Shown one piece after another: positions 1-12,289 of a DNA stretch of 64,000 nucleotides (its first letter is position 1; every line of letters starts with the position of its first letter). A program made the translations under genes and the position numbers. Origin of the DNA: Octopus vulgaris. Its lineage: Eukaryota. Under the pieces are notes generated by a model that was given only the letters and a program-made list of their open reading frames with translations, ran no database searches and was not told where the DNA came from. Location: assembly GCA_951406725.2 (NCBI GenBank), contig OX597819.1:3100001-3164000 (forward strand), given 5' to 3'.

Positions 1-495
1 GAACAACAGCTATTAACGCCAAATTGTAAGAAAGAAGTTTACTGCTTGTTTTATAGTATAACAAGCAGTTTAAAACTTAGTGCAATACCATCCCTGCTAT
101 TACTATTGTATTGAGATAATGATATATTAGGGTTTAATGTTATACTCAAGAACCGAGTTCTAGAATTTTGTAGATATATTTGTTCCAGTGCACAAGCACC
201 TATTCAAAATAATGAATTATATATACAAAAAAACCCCCCATAAATTCAAGAAGTAGGAAAGGTGAATATGTATTTAACCATGTGACTTCCATACGATTAT
301 GGTTGTTTTGCAACCTTCTTCATGTGGCATTAAGTTCAGTATGGAAGAAATTATGCATGCATGTTTGAATTAATACATATGCTCAGCATTATACAATAAA
401 ATTGTGTATTTAGTAATTGGTACAAAAAAAGAAAGCTAGCACATCATACCATAGGAACATCATGGTTACAACAACAATTCAACACTGTATTATAT

Positions 496-537
<42 letters not shown>

Positions 538-540
<3 letters not shown>

Positions 541-734
541 AGGGGGTGTTGAAAAGTTCCTGACTTCAAGGGCATCATGAAAAGCCTGGTTGGAGGCCCA
601 ACCTTCTGAGTTCTTTCACAGGCCCTGCAATAATAGTGTGAATCTGAGAGGGGAATATATTGAATAAAATCGTAATTAACTAATCCTTCTGTATTTTTTT
701 TTTACCCAATGCCAGGAACTTTTCGGCACACCCT

Positions 735-737
<3 letters not shown>
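538..737 (+). mobile_element. Mariner-derived MITE (internal-deletion derivative)
   Basis: ~27-bp TIRs: ACAAGGGGGTGTTGAAAAGTTCCTGAC on the left and rc ACAAGGGTGTGCCGAAAAGTTCCTGGC on the right. The interior keeps a mariner transposase C-terminal remnant (VNLRGEYIE*). Confidence 0.75.
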
Positions 738-804
<67 letters not shown>

Positions 805-960
805 CACAACAATGTGTGTGTATATATATATACACACACACACATACATTCATTCATACACACACTTGTATGTGTGCATGCATACATATATATACACACA
901 GAAACACACATACTCATACACATACAGATGCATGTGTGCACATATAAATATATGTATACT
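738..960. repeat. (TG)n/(TA)n/(CA)n compound microsatellite
   Basis: Read directly; explains ORFs 702-1051. Confidence 0.95.
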
Positions 961-1083
961 TATGCATCTCAACAAAAGAATGCAAGAAATAGAAAAAAAA
1001 ACTATGTCTCACATACATATACGTGTTTGTGTATATATTAAGACTCATTAGTTATATAGGAATGTTCTTAGTAATTATAATAT

Positions 1084-1362
1084 TGCGAAGGTGTGTAAGC
1101 AAGTGATTAAGGTGTTGTGGTTTCAGTTCCCAGACATCAGTGCATTGTCTTCTTGAGCAAAACACATAATTCCCCATTGTGCCAGTCCACTCAGCTGTAA
1201 ATGTGTAGCTCTACAATGGACCAGCATTCAAATCAAGGAGAACATTGGCTTGCCTACTTGGATAGCAGAGTGGCATCATTTAGAAGCTACAACAATGTGA
1301 GAAAATGCACTGAGACTAGCTGTGTACAACAACAACTGATAGTTTAGTTGATACAGTGATAC
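1084..1362 (+). mobile_element. Decayed tRNA-derived SINE (V-domain-like central region)
   Basis: Degenerate tRNA head and a CTTGAGCAAAACAC...CCAGTCCACTCAGCTGTAAATG core. The 3' part resembles the tail of the SINE at 19893-20195. Confidence 0.55.
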
Positions 1363-1469
1363 TAAGTATTAAGGTCCTCATTGTGGTTACTAGCTGTCCT
1401 TTCATGGAAAGCAAGGTAAAATTTTATCTCTATGTTTTGTGCATTTAATGAAAAGAAAGGAATTTAGAT

Positions 1470-1625
1470 GGTGCAAGCATGGCTGTGTGGTTTGAAAACT
1501 TGCTTCCTAACCATGTGGGTCTTAGTTTCAGCCTCACTGCATGGCACCTTGGACAAGTGTCTTCTACTACAGTCCTGGCTACCCAAAACCTATTGAGAAG
1601 ATGGTAGATGGAAACTGAAAGACGT
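1470..1625 (+). mobile_element. CORE-type SINE, head and core fragment
   Basis: GGCTGTGTGG...GCACCTTGGACAAGTGTCTTCTACTACAG...GGTAGATGGAAACTGAAAGA matches the copies at 8066 and 27718. Confidence 0.75.
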
Positions 1626-1944
1626 TCAAGTCGTGCCATTACTTTTCTGCAATGAGGTCACAGCTCAGGCACTACAGAGTAACTGGAATGTTGCAGGCAA
1701 GAATTGCATTGCAAGATGAATTATTCAAGGTGAGAAAACCAGCAGGAAACCTAGGGATGCACCACATAAGGTGGTTGGATAATATTTATGGTTTTAGTTG
1801 ATCATAGGTGAAGTACCTGATGATCCACTCAAAAATAATGGGTGGTGAAGATGGAGGGACAGATGGATGGAGGGATGCAAAAATTATTTAGGATGCATTT
1901 TATATTTTCATTGCCATTATTACTATTACTATGATTATTATTGC

Positions 1945-1981
<37 letters not shown>

Positions 1982-1987
1982 GTTTAC

Positions 1988-2196
1988 GGTGGCGAACTGG
2001 CAGAATCAACAGCATGCTGGGTAAAATGCTTAGCAACATTTCGTTGTTATGTTCTGAGTTCAAATTCTGCAGAGGGTGACTTTGCCTTTCATCCTTTTGG
2101 GGTTGATAAAGTAAGTACCTGTGGAACACTGAGATTGATGTAATCGGCTAGTTCCCTCCCTCCAAATTTCAGGCCTTGTGCCTATAATAGAAAGGA
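1988..2196 (+). mobile_element. tRNA-derived SINE, family D (Nin/Deu-like GCCTTTCATCCTTT...GATAAA domain), set in (TAT)n
   Basis: A-box-like TGGCAGAAT, B-box GAGTTCAAATTC, and 3' end GGCCTTGTGCCTATAATAGAAAGGA. At least 7 copies occur in the window. Confidence 0.75.
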
Positions 2197-2206
2197 GTAT
2201 TATTAT

Positions 2207-2497
2207 GGATACATGGCCTAGGGATTAGGGTGTTGCACTCATGGTTGAGACATCATGGTTTCAATTTCTAGACCGAGTGGTGTGTTGTGCTCTTAAGGAA
2301 AACATGATCTCATGTTACTCTGTGATCACTTCAACACCTGATACGTAGTACACTATGCACCTATTCAGACAACATTGACTTGATGGAAGGTGTGAGCTAA
2401 TGCACGACACATACATTTGATCACAATAAACAAAACATTTGTGCAGTTCATTGGGCAAAAGCTGAATGCTCATACGTCACCTTCAATGGGAAAATCC
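2207..2497 (+). mobile_element. Decayed tRNA-headed SINE
   Basis: The TGGCCTAGGGATTAGG...GGTTTCAATTTC head resembles the head of the 19893-20195 element. Confidence 0.5.
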
Positions 2498-2983
2498 ATC
2501 ATGATTACTATGACTACAAGTACTAGTGCTGCAACTAGGACTACAATGCATACTACTTTTACTAACAAAACCTATAATCTGAAATGTTTGGTATGTTTAG
2601 AATTTTAGAATTTATTTGTTTAATTTGGAGCAATTTGTGGTTGTTATAAGAAGCTAAGTAAGGTGCGGTAGAATAACAAAGTTTAAAGGTTAACTTATAA
2701 AAGATTTGATAATATTTATGTTGTGGTGGAAAGTTGCCTTTAAAATGTTTTAAGAATGTGTGTGAGAATATGTATGCATTGGGCATTTATAAATATTTAC
2801 GTTTATATTTATGCTTGTGTATGTGTTTATTCTATGCAAATCTGTCTGTGCAGATACTTCCATTAGCATGCATGTATTTACTGAAGTATGTAAATGTATC
2901 AATATATACTATGACATGAATGTTGATCTGCATTTATGTACACACTTTTATATACATGTGTTTTGTGAGATGTTTTATATATA

Positions 2984-3708
2984 CAGGGTGATTGGAAAGT
3001 AACTACCTGCTTTAAAATGCTTATAATTTATCTATTAACTAGAATTTTTTTCTCAAATTTGTTGTGTATGTTCTTTAATGTACGGGAATTGATTCCATGT
3101 TGTTGATTTTTTTTTCAGATTGATAATTTTGTTTGAAATTTAGAAACCCTACAAACATGGCTGGGTGTTTTACTGTGCAGGAGTGTACCCAGCCAGCTGC
3201 AGATTACGAAGTTTGGAGATCAGTTGTTCAAGTGCAAAGATGGTGGAGGACCATTAGAGGAAGACATGCTCAAGTTGATGCAAAGATAATCAAGAATTGC
3301 CATGCAAAATTCATGACTACAGGATTTGTAGCTGATACTTGAAGTGGTTGTCCTTCCAATTCATCAAGGTCCGCATGACTGGCTGGCTAGAAGCCATGAT
3401 TTAACACCCTGTTTTCTTTGGGGTTGGTTAAAGGAGGAAGTCTTCTCTACCAAACCTATGACTTTGGAAGAACTTGAAGGGTGAATATGAGAAGTTATGT
3501 CTTCCATTCCACAAGACTTCCTGATGAAATCAATTGATGTGGTTCCCAGGCAGTTTCAGAAGCTAGTGGTGAATGCTGATGCCTATAGCAAATTTTAAAT
3601 AATATTCCATGCTATCCACTTTCTTTACATATTCGTTTTTCTAAAAATTCTAGTTAATAAATAAATTATAAGTATTTTAAAATAGGGAGTTACTTTTCAA
3701 TCACCCTG
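2984..3708 (+). mobile_element. Tc1/mariner (DD37D/maT-like) internally deleted element
   Basis: ~65-bp TIRs (CAGGGTGATTGGAAAGTAACT...) with TA on both sides. An N-terminal HTH remnant (ORF 3133-3342) joins a C-terminal WLARSHDLTPCFLWGWLKEEV motif (compare WPPRSPDLTPCDFFLWG). Confidence 0.85.
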
Positions 3709-4019
3709 TATATTTATTATTATTTTTTTTGTTTGTTCAGTATTTTTTTGTCTAGTTTGCACTTAATTCTGTAACAATTTCTTGATAATCATTTTTCTCC
3801 TGACAATTTGGGCAAACAACACTTTTAGATTAATTAATTATGTATGTTAATAAGGCAATTATATAAATGATAGTGTTTATTGCCAATGAAACAACTTTTA
3901 AGCAAAATTAACTAATGAAATATAGGTGAAATTTATGCTTTCCCCCTGCTTCTTCTAAATCTGTGACTCTCACTGATTATTTTAGCCAATTTCGTATATA
4001 TTATGTGTATTAAAATGTT

Positions 4020-4567
4020 TTATATATATATGCATAATAATAAAAGTGAAATCCCGTCTGTTTCATCTAGGACCCCTGTATTTCTGTCTACATAGACATA
4101 TTATACCTTTTTGGAATCAGGATGATAGCAGGATTGAAAATCTGCCCTTCATTTGGTTCTTGAACAACCAGCATTGGGATCTGATTTAAAAGCATTTGGG
4201 TTACTAATTCTAGTAGATAGAGCTTAGCCGATTCACGTCATATTGGTTGGATTTGTCAGATGACGTCAGAGCTCAATGGGGAGATAAAGGACATTTGCTT
4301 CATTAATTTTACATTGAGATAAGAACTTTGAGACAAATTGGCCAACAGTTGGAATGCAATTTGGGACTGGAACAATAGAATGATTGCATTGCAGAATTAA
4401 TTCTCATCCATCCTTAACCTCCAATCAAACATCTCCGGGGCATACAGTCATTATAGACATATTATAGTCATGCTATTTAGCTCTCTTTAGTTTTGGGCCA
4501 CAGACCTAATTATCCCTCCACAGGGGCTAGCTCAAAAGTTTGCATGGAGTGCAGCTTTTAAGCTAAT
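4020..4567 (+). mobile_element. Possible decayed non-autonomous Helitron
   Basis: The TATATA...ATAAAAGTGAAATCCCGTCTG start is typical of non-autonomous Helitron 5' ends. It ends in a weak hairpin followed by CTAA|T. Confidence 0.35.
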
Positions 4568-4701
4568 ACATAATATTTCATTCCCACTGTAAAGTAACTT
4601 GGATGAACATTTTCTATTATAGCCATGGAACAACCTTGAGCGGATTTGGTAGACAGAAACTGAAAGATTACCACTGTATGCACACACAAACTTTCTCTAT
4701 C

Positions 4702-4743
<42 letters not shown>

Positions 4744-4756
4744 ACACACACATATG

Positions 4757-5819
4757 TACTGAGCATGTTAGATTTTTAAGGACACCTCTTTCAAGGGTTC
4801 TATCTTCTTATTGTTTTCACCTTGCTTTCCGGAGAAAGAATGGCAGACATCAGGCTGACTCAGTAAATGAAAAAGCATGCTGTAATCATTACCTTAAAAG
4901 TGCAACATAGTAATGCAGAGGTAGCTTGCTTCCTGATAGCTGCATAATCCTTTGTTGAGAAAGTTTGAAAGGAGCTGGAAGCTGCTGATAGGGATCCAAC
5001 ATCAGCAGCTAAATGCAAAATGCATGTACAGGTTCCTAAAACCATCAGAACACATATCTACAAAAACCCAAGAAATAATTGATAAAAAAACCTGGGAAAT
5101 CAATCAGAACCACTGCAAAGGACCTCAAGGTTTCAGAATACTCCATTGGAAGAGCTGTGTGTGAGGACAACCAGGAAAAGTTGCATGTGATGTGGAGGGG
5201 TCAGTTTAGGCCAGATGTGACAAGAGAGAATCATTTGATTTTGTCCTGGGAATTGTCATGCCCCCTCACTTTTCTTTCCACTGAGCTTAAGAGTCAATGT
5301 CACTGTCTATACAGAGTACAGAGATGTTGGAGAACGTTATGAGGCCCTGGAAAGAGACTATGCAATGGAAGACCATATATCTTCCAACAAGACTGCACAT
5401 TCTCATAAAGCTAGGACAACCAAAGCATGGATGTATTCCAATCTCCAGTATCATGTTCTCCTAGACACAGCCTCTCAGTTCACCTCAATCCATTATCATG
5501 TATGTGACATTGTGGAGAGAGCGATCAATCACAACCCTCATAACATCATACAATCTCTCAAGTCTGCCATAACCAGCACTATGTTCAAAATTGATAAAGA
5601 TTATCCAATTTGGGCATGTCAATGCCTCTGACCCAATACTGAAGCAGCCATTGATGTTAAAGGTGGCTTCATTGAATAGGTGTGATAAAAGAAATCTCGA
5701 GATTATTAGTACAAATTTTTTTTCAAATACAGCTTTTCTTTGAAGAGATATGCGTCTTTTTCTAAAATCATACAAATGACCTAAAAAAAAAAAAAAAAAA
5801 AAAAAACTGACACAACCTG
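4757..5819 (+). mobile_element. Highly decayed Tc1/mariner element with transposase pseudogene
   Basis: Remnant motifs YIFQQD, HSHKARTTKAWM, CDIVERAIN..PH..LKSAI and KGGFIE*. The right end is ...CTGACACAACCTG|TA; the left TIR is poorly conserved. Confidence 0.65.
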
Positions 5820-5986
5820 TATGCATGTATATGCAGGTGTGTGTGTGTGTGTGAGGGTGTTTGTATATTTGTTTACATCTCACTTGCTTCTACAATTGCT
5901 GCAACATACAGAGTGTGTTGTTGATAACAATTCTGTGAAAATTTAATAAACACACACACACACATACATTCGTATATATAATGTAT

Positions 5987-6357
5987 CATCATCATCATCA
6001 TCATTGTTGTTTTAAAATCCACTTTACTGTGCTTGCATGGTGAGTTTCTATGGCTGCATGCCTTTCCTGCCACCAACTGTTACCTCTTTCCAACTAAGGT
6101 AATATTTCTCCATGACTTTCCATTGGAAGATTGGAAAAGTGGAACTGCTTGTATGACAATGACATTCATTTACAACTAAGCAAAGAGACACTGACACACA
6201 ACCACTCACATATATGCATGTATGATGTGCTTTCAATTTCCATCTATGAAACCCACTCATAAAGCTTTGGTTGGCCCAGGGTTATAGTAAAAGACACTTA
6301 GCCAAGGCCACACAGTGGGACCAAATCCAGGTGGTTGGGAAACAAACCTCTTACCAT
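5987..6357 (-). mobile_element. CORE-type SINE with RTE-type (GAT)n tail
   Basis: Head and core as at 8066. The tail is GGAAAGGCATGCAGCC...CATGCAAGCA...(GAT)n. Confidence 0.6.
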
Positions 6358-6616
6358 AAAAAAACAGATACAAGTAAAATTTTGAACAGGTATCAAACAG
6401 GTGAGATAATATCTTGATTGTGACAAATCCAACCAACATTACTGGATGTAAATAATATGTGAAATATTTGATAATATGGGGTATGACCCCCTAACTCTGT
6501 CATTTGTCAATACTTATATATCTTTCTTTATATTATTTTATATCTCTACATTTTACACAGGTATATAAATGTGGAGCTGTGAATGTGTGTGTACGGCAGC
6601 GGTACTGGATATTAAT

Positions 6617-6766
6617 AGTTATTGCCAAGCTAATATGGCAGTCCATAAATATAGGACAAATGCTGTCGTTGATTAGGTCCAAGCTAGAGGTGATGGCCTC
6701 TTGGAGCTAATCAACGGCAGCATTCGTCCTATTTTTCTGGACTGCCATATTCGCTTGGCGATAACT
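6617..6766. repeat. 150-bp hairpin (67-bp arms, ~7 mismatches)
   Basis: Arm 6617-6683 is the reverse complement of 6700-6766, with a 16-nt loop. Confidence 0.9.
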
Positions 6767-6814
<48 letters not shown>

Positions 6815-6934
6815 TGTGTGTATGTGTGTGTGTGTGCAGGCACATGCATGCACATGTATATGTGGGTATTGTGTGCATGTATATATATGTGTATGTGTAT
6901 CTGTGTGTATATATACTTGCATGTATGTATATAT

Positions 6935-7256
6935 GTGTGTTCTTAACAAGGGTTCATCTGAGACTTTTGGAGATCCACGCTAGCAAAATAGTAAATTGGG
7001 GATCCACAGTAGTATTTTAAGGGCCATGTAAAGTTTTGATTTAAATGTTTCTATTGCAGGAAACAGCTAGGTTTCTTCCTCTAAAGTTTCACATAGTTCA
7101 ACCAATGTAAGTTAATGGTGTGAATAACAAAGCAAGAATTTTGAAAGGAGCATCTGTAAAACTAGTTTGTAAACATCAAATGATTATGGGGGGGGGGGTC
7201 CACTAGAATAAAATAGTAATCAAAGGGGTACATAAATAATAAATGGTTGAGAACCA
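6935..7256. mobile_element. Probable hAT/Charlie-like MITE
   Basis: The ends GTGTTCTTAAC... and ...GGTTGAGAACCA resemble CAGTGGTTCTCAAC-type hAT TIRs. No TSD is visible. Confidence 0.45.
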
Positions 7257-7266
7257 TATATATATA

Positions 7267-7672
7267 TTCTTTCTTTTACTCGTTTCAGTCATTTGACTGC
7301 GGCCATGCTGGAGCACCACCTTTAGTCGAGCAAATCAACCCTGGGACTTATTCTTTGTAAGCCCAGTACTTATTCTATCGGTCACTTTTTGCCGAACCGC
7401 TATATTACGGGGATGTAAACACACCAGCATCGGTTGTCAAGCAATGCTAGAGGAACAAACACAGACACACAACACACACACACACACACACACATACACA
7501 TATATACATATGTACGACAGGCTTCTTTCAGTTTCCGTCTACAAAATCCACTCACAAGGCATTGGTCGGCCCGGGGCTATAGCAGAAGACACTTGCCCAA
7601 GATCCCACGCAATGGGACTGAACCCGGAACCATGTGGTTGGTAAGCAAGCTACTTACCACACAGCCACTCCT
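7267..7672 (-). mobile_element. Full-length CORE-type tRNA SINE with CR1-type tail
   Basis: tRNA-like head (GGGTTCAGTCCC B-box), CTTGGGCAAGTGTCTTCT core, internal microsatellite and tail GGTGGTGCTCCAGCATGGCCGCAG. Confidence 0.9.
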
Positions 7673-7822
7673 TCATATATATATATATATATATTCATAT
7701 ACATCTATATATGTATATATATATATATAAAATTATATAATGAGGGTAGAAATTGATATTAATCAATTAAAACTAGTGGGTTAGCATATTTAAAAAAATC
7801 TGAAGATTAAAAATTATATTAC

Positions 7823-8023
7823 ATACAAAATTAAGAGGAATGACCACCAAAGTGGACTCCTAATCGTTTTTTATTTCGTATATTTTCATTTGACTTGCTC
7901 ACTTTTACATTCTGGCATTTTGCTGAAATTTTTTTCTTGAGAACACACTCTTTGTGGTTAGGCGATTTGACATCTATATCTAGCGTATTAGGAGTCCACA
8001 TTGGTGGTTATTCCTCTTAATTT

Positions 8024-8028
<5 letters not shown>
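7823..8028. repeat. 42-bp inverted repeat with ~120-bp spacer (possible Penelope-like remnant)
   Basis: ATACAAAATTAAGAGGAATGACCACCAAAGTGGACTCCTAAT at 7823-7864 is mirrored at 7987-8028. Confidence 0.8.
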
Positions 8029-8065
<37 letters not shown>

Positions 8066-8067
<2 letters not shown>

Positions 8068-8424
8068 CATAGGAGCGGCTGTGTGGTAAGTAGCTTGCTT
8101 ACCAACCACATGGTTCCGGGTTCAGTCCCACTGCGTGGCACCTTGGGCAAGTGTCTTCTACTATAGTCTTGGGCCGACCAAGTGAGTGGATTTGGTAGAT
8201 GGAAACTGAAAGAAGCCCGTCGTATATATACATATATATATATGTGTGTGTATATGTTTGTGTGTGCGTGTGTTTGTCCCCCCCAACATCGCTTGACAAC
8301 CAATACTGGTGTGTTTATGTCCCCGTAGGCATACAAAGAATAAGTCCTGGGGTGGATTTGCTTGACTAAAGGCGGTGCTCCAGCATGGCCACAGTCAAAT
8401 GACTGAAACAAAGGAGTAAAAGAA
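8066..8424 (+). mobile_element. Full-length CORE-type tRNA SINE with CR1-type tail
   Basis: Same family as 7267-7672 and 27718-28150. Confidence 0.9.
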
Positions 8425-8542
8425 TATATATAAATATATATAAATGTATATATGTATAAATATATGAATATAAATAAATATATATAATATATAAATAAAT
8501 AAATATATATATATATATATATAAAAGATAAATAAATATAAA

Positions 8543-8588
<46 letters not shown>

Positions 8589-8591
8589 TAA

Positions 8592-8669
<78 letters not shown>

Positions 8670-8673
8670 ATAA

Positions 8674-8704
<31 letters not shown>

Positions 8705-8708
8705 ATAA

Positions 8709-8777
<69 letters not shown>

Positions 8778-8781
8778 ATAA

Positions 8782-8819
<38 letters not shown>

Positions 8820-8820
8820 A

Positions 8821-8857
<37 letters not shown>

Positions 8858-8928
8858 ATAAATAAATATATATATATATATATATATAAAGATAAATAAA
8901 TATATATATATATATATATATAAGATAA

Positions 8929-8978
<50 letters not shown>
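8425..8978. repeat. (TA)n-derived tract punctuated by AAATAAAT/AAGATAAAT
   Basis: Read directly. Confidence 0.95.
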
Positions 8979-8989
8979 CTTTTACAAGT

Positions 8990-9560
8990 AGAAAGATGAC
9001 AGTGACTTCAAAGTTTCAGCCTGCTGGCCTTGATTTGACTGTACCACATTCGAGTTCCTTTTGGCTTGATATAGTCTTCAGCAAGTTGTTTCCCAAGTAT
9101 AGGTGAAGCTAAGTGAAACAATAATTGGGCTTGGTGTATTTAGATCAGTGAAGTGGGTGTATAGAAAGAGAGCCAGAAGAGAGTGGGAAGCAAATATGCT
9201 TGTAGGGTGTGATTTGGTGGAAAGTTATTGTTGAATATTTTGTAAGTTTAGAGTGGGAGTTGTATTATTATCTAGAGTCCAATCAAGTATGGAAATAACT
9301 TTATACACAGGTGTGTCAGATTCAGGAAATTTTTTATACAGAAAATCAGTTTCTCTTGTGTTTCAGAGTTCACAAAAGAATGTAGATGAATTAGGTGGCC
9401 AACTAGCATATGTTCCGCTAAAGTTGGATTGTTGTTGATGTTATTTGATTCCTATTCAGAAATTTTGAACTGTGTTTTGTAAAGGTAAGAATTGGAAGAT
9501 TAAGTTCCTATAAGTATTTATTGGGGCTTTGAAATCAATTTTCAACACAGTTATTTATAT
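8990..9560 (-). mobile_element. Possible decayed Penelope-like element 3' fragment
   Basis: The minus-strand remnant PTLAEHMLVGH resembles the GIY-YIG-region SAxAEH...GH motif of Penelope-like elements. It is heavily degraded. Confidence 0.35.
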
Positions 9561-9617
9561 TTTTATTATATTAGATGCATACATTAATTGTAGGGCATAC
9601 ATACATATGCACACGTA

Positions 9618-9996
9618 CCATCATGTCCACCTTTCCATGCTTGCCTGGGTCAGACAGATTTTATCGAGGCAGTTTTCTATGGCTGGATGCCTTTCATGTC
9701 TCCAACCCTTACCTGTTTCCAAGCAAAGTAAGATTTTCTCATGGTCAGATATTGTTTTACCAAATAGTGAAAAATGAACGACATTCATTTACAATGTAAC
9801 ACGATGTTAAGACAAGGAGACAACATACAGACATACATACATATGATGGGCTTTCTTCAGTTTCTGTCTGCCAAATTCACTCACAAGGCTTTTATTGACC
9901 CAAAAGTATAGTAGAGGACACTTGTCCAAGACCCATTGTGGAGGGACTGGACCCAAAACCATGTGGTTGAGAAGCAAACTTCTTAACCACACAGCA
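9618..9996 (-). mobile_element. CORE-type SINE with RTE-type tail
   Basis: Head and core as at 8066. The tail is AAAGGCATCCAGCC...GACCCAGGCAAGCATGGAAAGGTGGAC. Confidence 0.7.
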
Positions 9997-10059
9997 GTAG
10001 AAACCATGCCAAAGCTGAGATTGGAGCAGGATGTAGCCCTGTGACTCATCAAAAAGGGT

Positions 10060-10300
10060 AAAGGTTACCTTCTCAAGTTATGCTGACTCATAAGGGCTGG
10101 TTTCCTGGTTTCAATGGCATATATATTCCCCACCTGGATGGGATGCTGGTCCATTGCAGGATTATTCATTTTTGCCAGCTGAGTGGACTGAAGCAACATG
10201 AAATGAAGTGTTTTGCACAAGAACACAGCACATTGCATGCTCCAGGAAATGAAACCTTATGATTATGAGTCCAGCACTAACCACTAAGCCATGCACTTCT
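10060..10300 (-). mobile_element. tRNA-derived SINE with V-domain-like motif
   Basis: The reverse complement contains CCTGCAATGGACCAGCATCCCATCCAGG and CAGTCCACTCAGCTGGCAAAAATG; related to 1084-1362. Confidence 0.6.
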
Positions 10301-10384
10301 ACACCCATGGCTCATTGGATCTTGTCAAACTGTCCAACCCAAGCCAGTATGGAAAACAGACATTAAATGATGATTATATATAAT

Positions 10385-10775
10385 AGGTGCAGGCACAGTT
10401 CTGTAGTTAAGAAGTGCACTTGTCAACAACATGGCTTTTGAGTTCCATCCTACTGCTTGGCACCCTGGGCAAATATTTTGTACTATAGCTCTGGACTGAT
10501 CGAAAGCTTGTGGGTGGATTTGGTATAGAGAAACTGAATGAAACTTGCCATGTGTGTGAGTGTGTATTGACATCATGTGCCAGTTGTAAATTAGCCTCAC
10601 TGTAATACAGGCAGTGTTGTTCATTTCTAATTTTCCATGAAAACATGTTCAGCTATGAGAAAATATTACCTTCCTTGGAAAGAGGTGAGGGTTGTCACTA
10701 TGTAGGGCATCCATTTGTAAAAATCTGCTTCAGTGAACTCCATCTGACCAATACAAGTATGGAAAACTGGATACA
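10385..10775 (+). mobile_element. CORE-type SINE with RTE-type tail
   Basis: Degenerate head and core followed by ...GAAAATATTACC...GGGCATCC...CAAGTATGGAAAACTGGA. Confidence 0.65.
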
Positions 10776-10865
10776 TGTGTGTGTATACACACATACATAC
10801 ATAAATACACACACATACATGCATACATAAATATATACACACACATGAATATAAATGTATATAAT

Positions 10866-11100
10866 TATCATCATCATTTAATGTCTGTTTTCTATGCTGG
10901 CACGTGTTGGACAGCTTGACAAGAACTGGTGAAGCCAAGGGCTACACCAGGTTCCATAGTCTGTTGTGGCCTGGTTTCCACAGCTTGATACCCTTCCTAA
11001 CACCAACCACTTTACAAAGTGTACTCGGTGCTTTTTATGTATACATTCTGTAAAGCAGTTAGTGTTAGGAAGGGCATCCAGCTGTAAAAGCGAAGCCAAA
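10866..11100. mobile_element. Two RTE 3'-tail fragments joined in inverted orientation
   Basis: CAGCTTGATACCCTTCCTAACACC at ~10981 is mirrored by GTGTTAGGAAGGGCATCCAGCTG at ~11062. Confidence 0.65.
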
Positions 11101-11183
11101 TAAATACATGAATTTGAATGAAATTGGTTGTGTAATTCTCAAGTTTTAGGGAAACACACAGACAGACAGACACACATTCTCAG

Positions 11184-11199
<16 letters not shown>

Positions 11200-11228
<29 letters not shown>

Positions 11229-12241
11229 TGAGAATGTGTGTCTGTATGTCTGTGTTTCCCTAAAACTTGAGAATTACACAATCAATTTCATTCAAATTTT
11301 ACACATGCCTTACTTAGGGTCCATGTAGTTTGATGGGCAAAAAAAATGTTCAACTTCTTGCCTAGGGCGAGCCCATAGCAATATCATATCTTCTCCACTA
11401 TTTCAGTATTACGTGTTAAAAGTGAAACAAAAACATTTCTCTATTTTATGTCGGATACTTTCACTATAACAATAAAAATAATAATAACAATTGAATTATA
11501 CGTAGTAAGTAATAATTAAAATCAAACTAAAGTATAATGTAATCGTAACATAACAAAAGTAAAAATAACAATTGGTATAAAATTGCATCAATGACTTGAA
11601 CTTGAATCAGTGGTTTCACATGAATACGAATAAGTTAAAAATAAAATTAGCGTGCAGAAATGGTATAGTCCAGATGGATAATAAAAAATTAAATTAAAGA
11701 AAAGACTATTGTCTATAAAGTATACAATGTAGAGAAAAAAGAAGATTTGAACACGTGGAGGAAAGCACCTTCGAAAAGTGTCTTGGTGGGACTATGAAAG
11801 ATATCTAATCAGAGGCGGTAAATTTGCCACAATAGAAGCAAGGTTCGAGTCAACAGAGCGTGCAAGGGAGTACTCGACTCGAACTTGCAAAGTGGAAATA
11901 ATTTATTTTTACCTTTATATCTGGGACGTAGGACGTCCAGGATAAAAATTAAAAATGCCCCCCCCCCCCCGAATTAGAGGTAGGCTGGATTGTAGCCACA
12001 CTTCTATAGAAGAGGGAGGACAAGATACAATTGATTGAAATTACAAGAGACGGGCTAACAATTCCAGTCTGTTATATATTTTGAGTATTGTTATCACTAG
12101 CGATATCAAGATATAACTTTGTATTTTGTATTTTATGTGTAGATGTATATATATAGATGTACATGTAATATGTACACATATATATACACATATATACATG
12201 CACTAGCACTATGACCCAGCAACGATGGGTCATAATGCTAG

Positions 12242-12242
<1 letters not shown>
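11200..12242 (+). mobile_element. Probable non-autonomous Helitron, with an inverted copy of its 5' end at 11111-11190
   Basis: 5' (TA)nAAAACTGAGAATGTGTGTCTG, and a 3' GC hairpin followed by CTAG|T at 12238-12242. A second 5' copy lies at 24497-24744. Continuity of the middle part is not certain. Confidence 0.5.
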
Positions 12243-12274
<32 letters not shown>

Positions 12275-12289
12275 GTATGTATATATATA

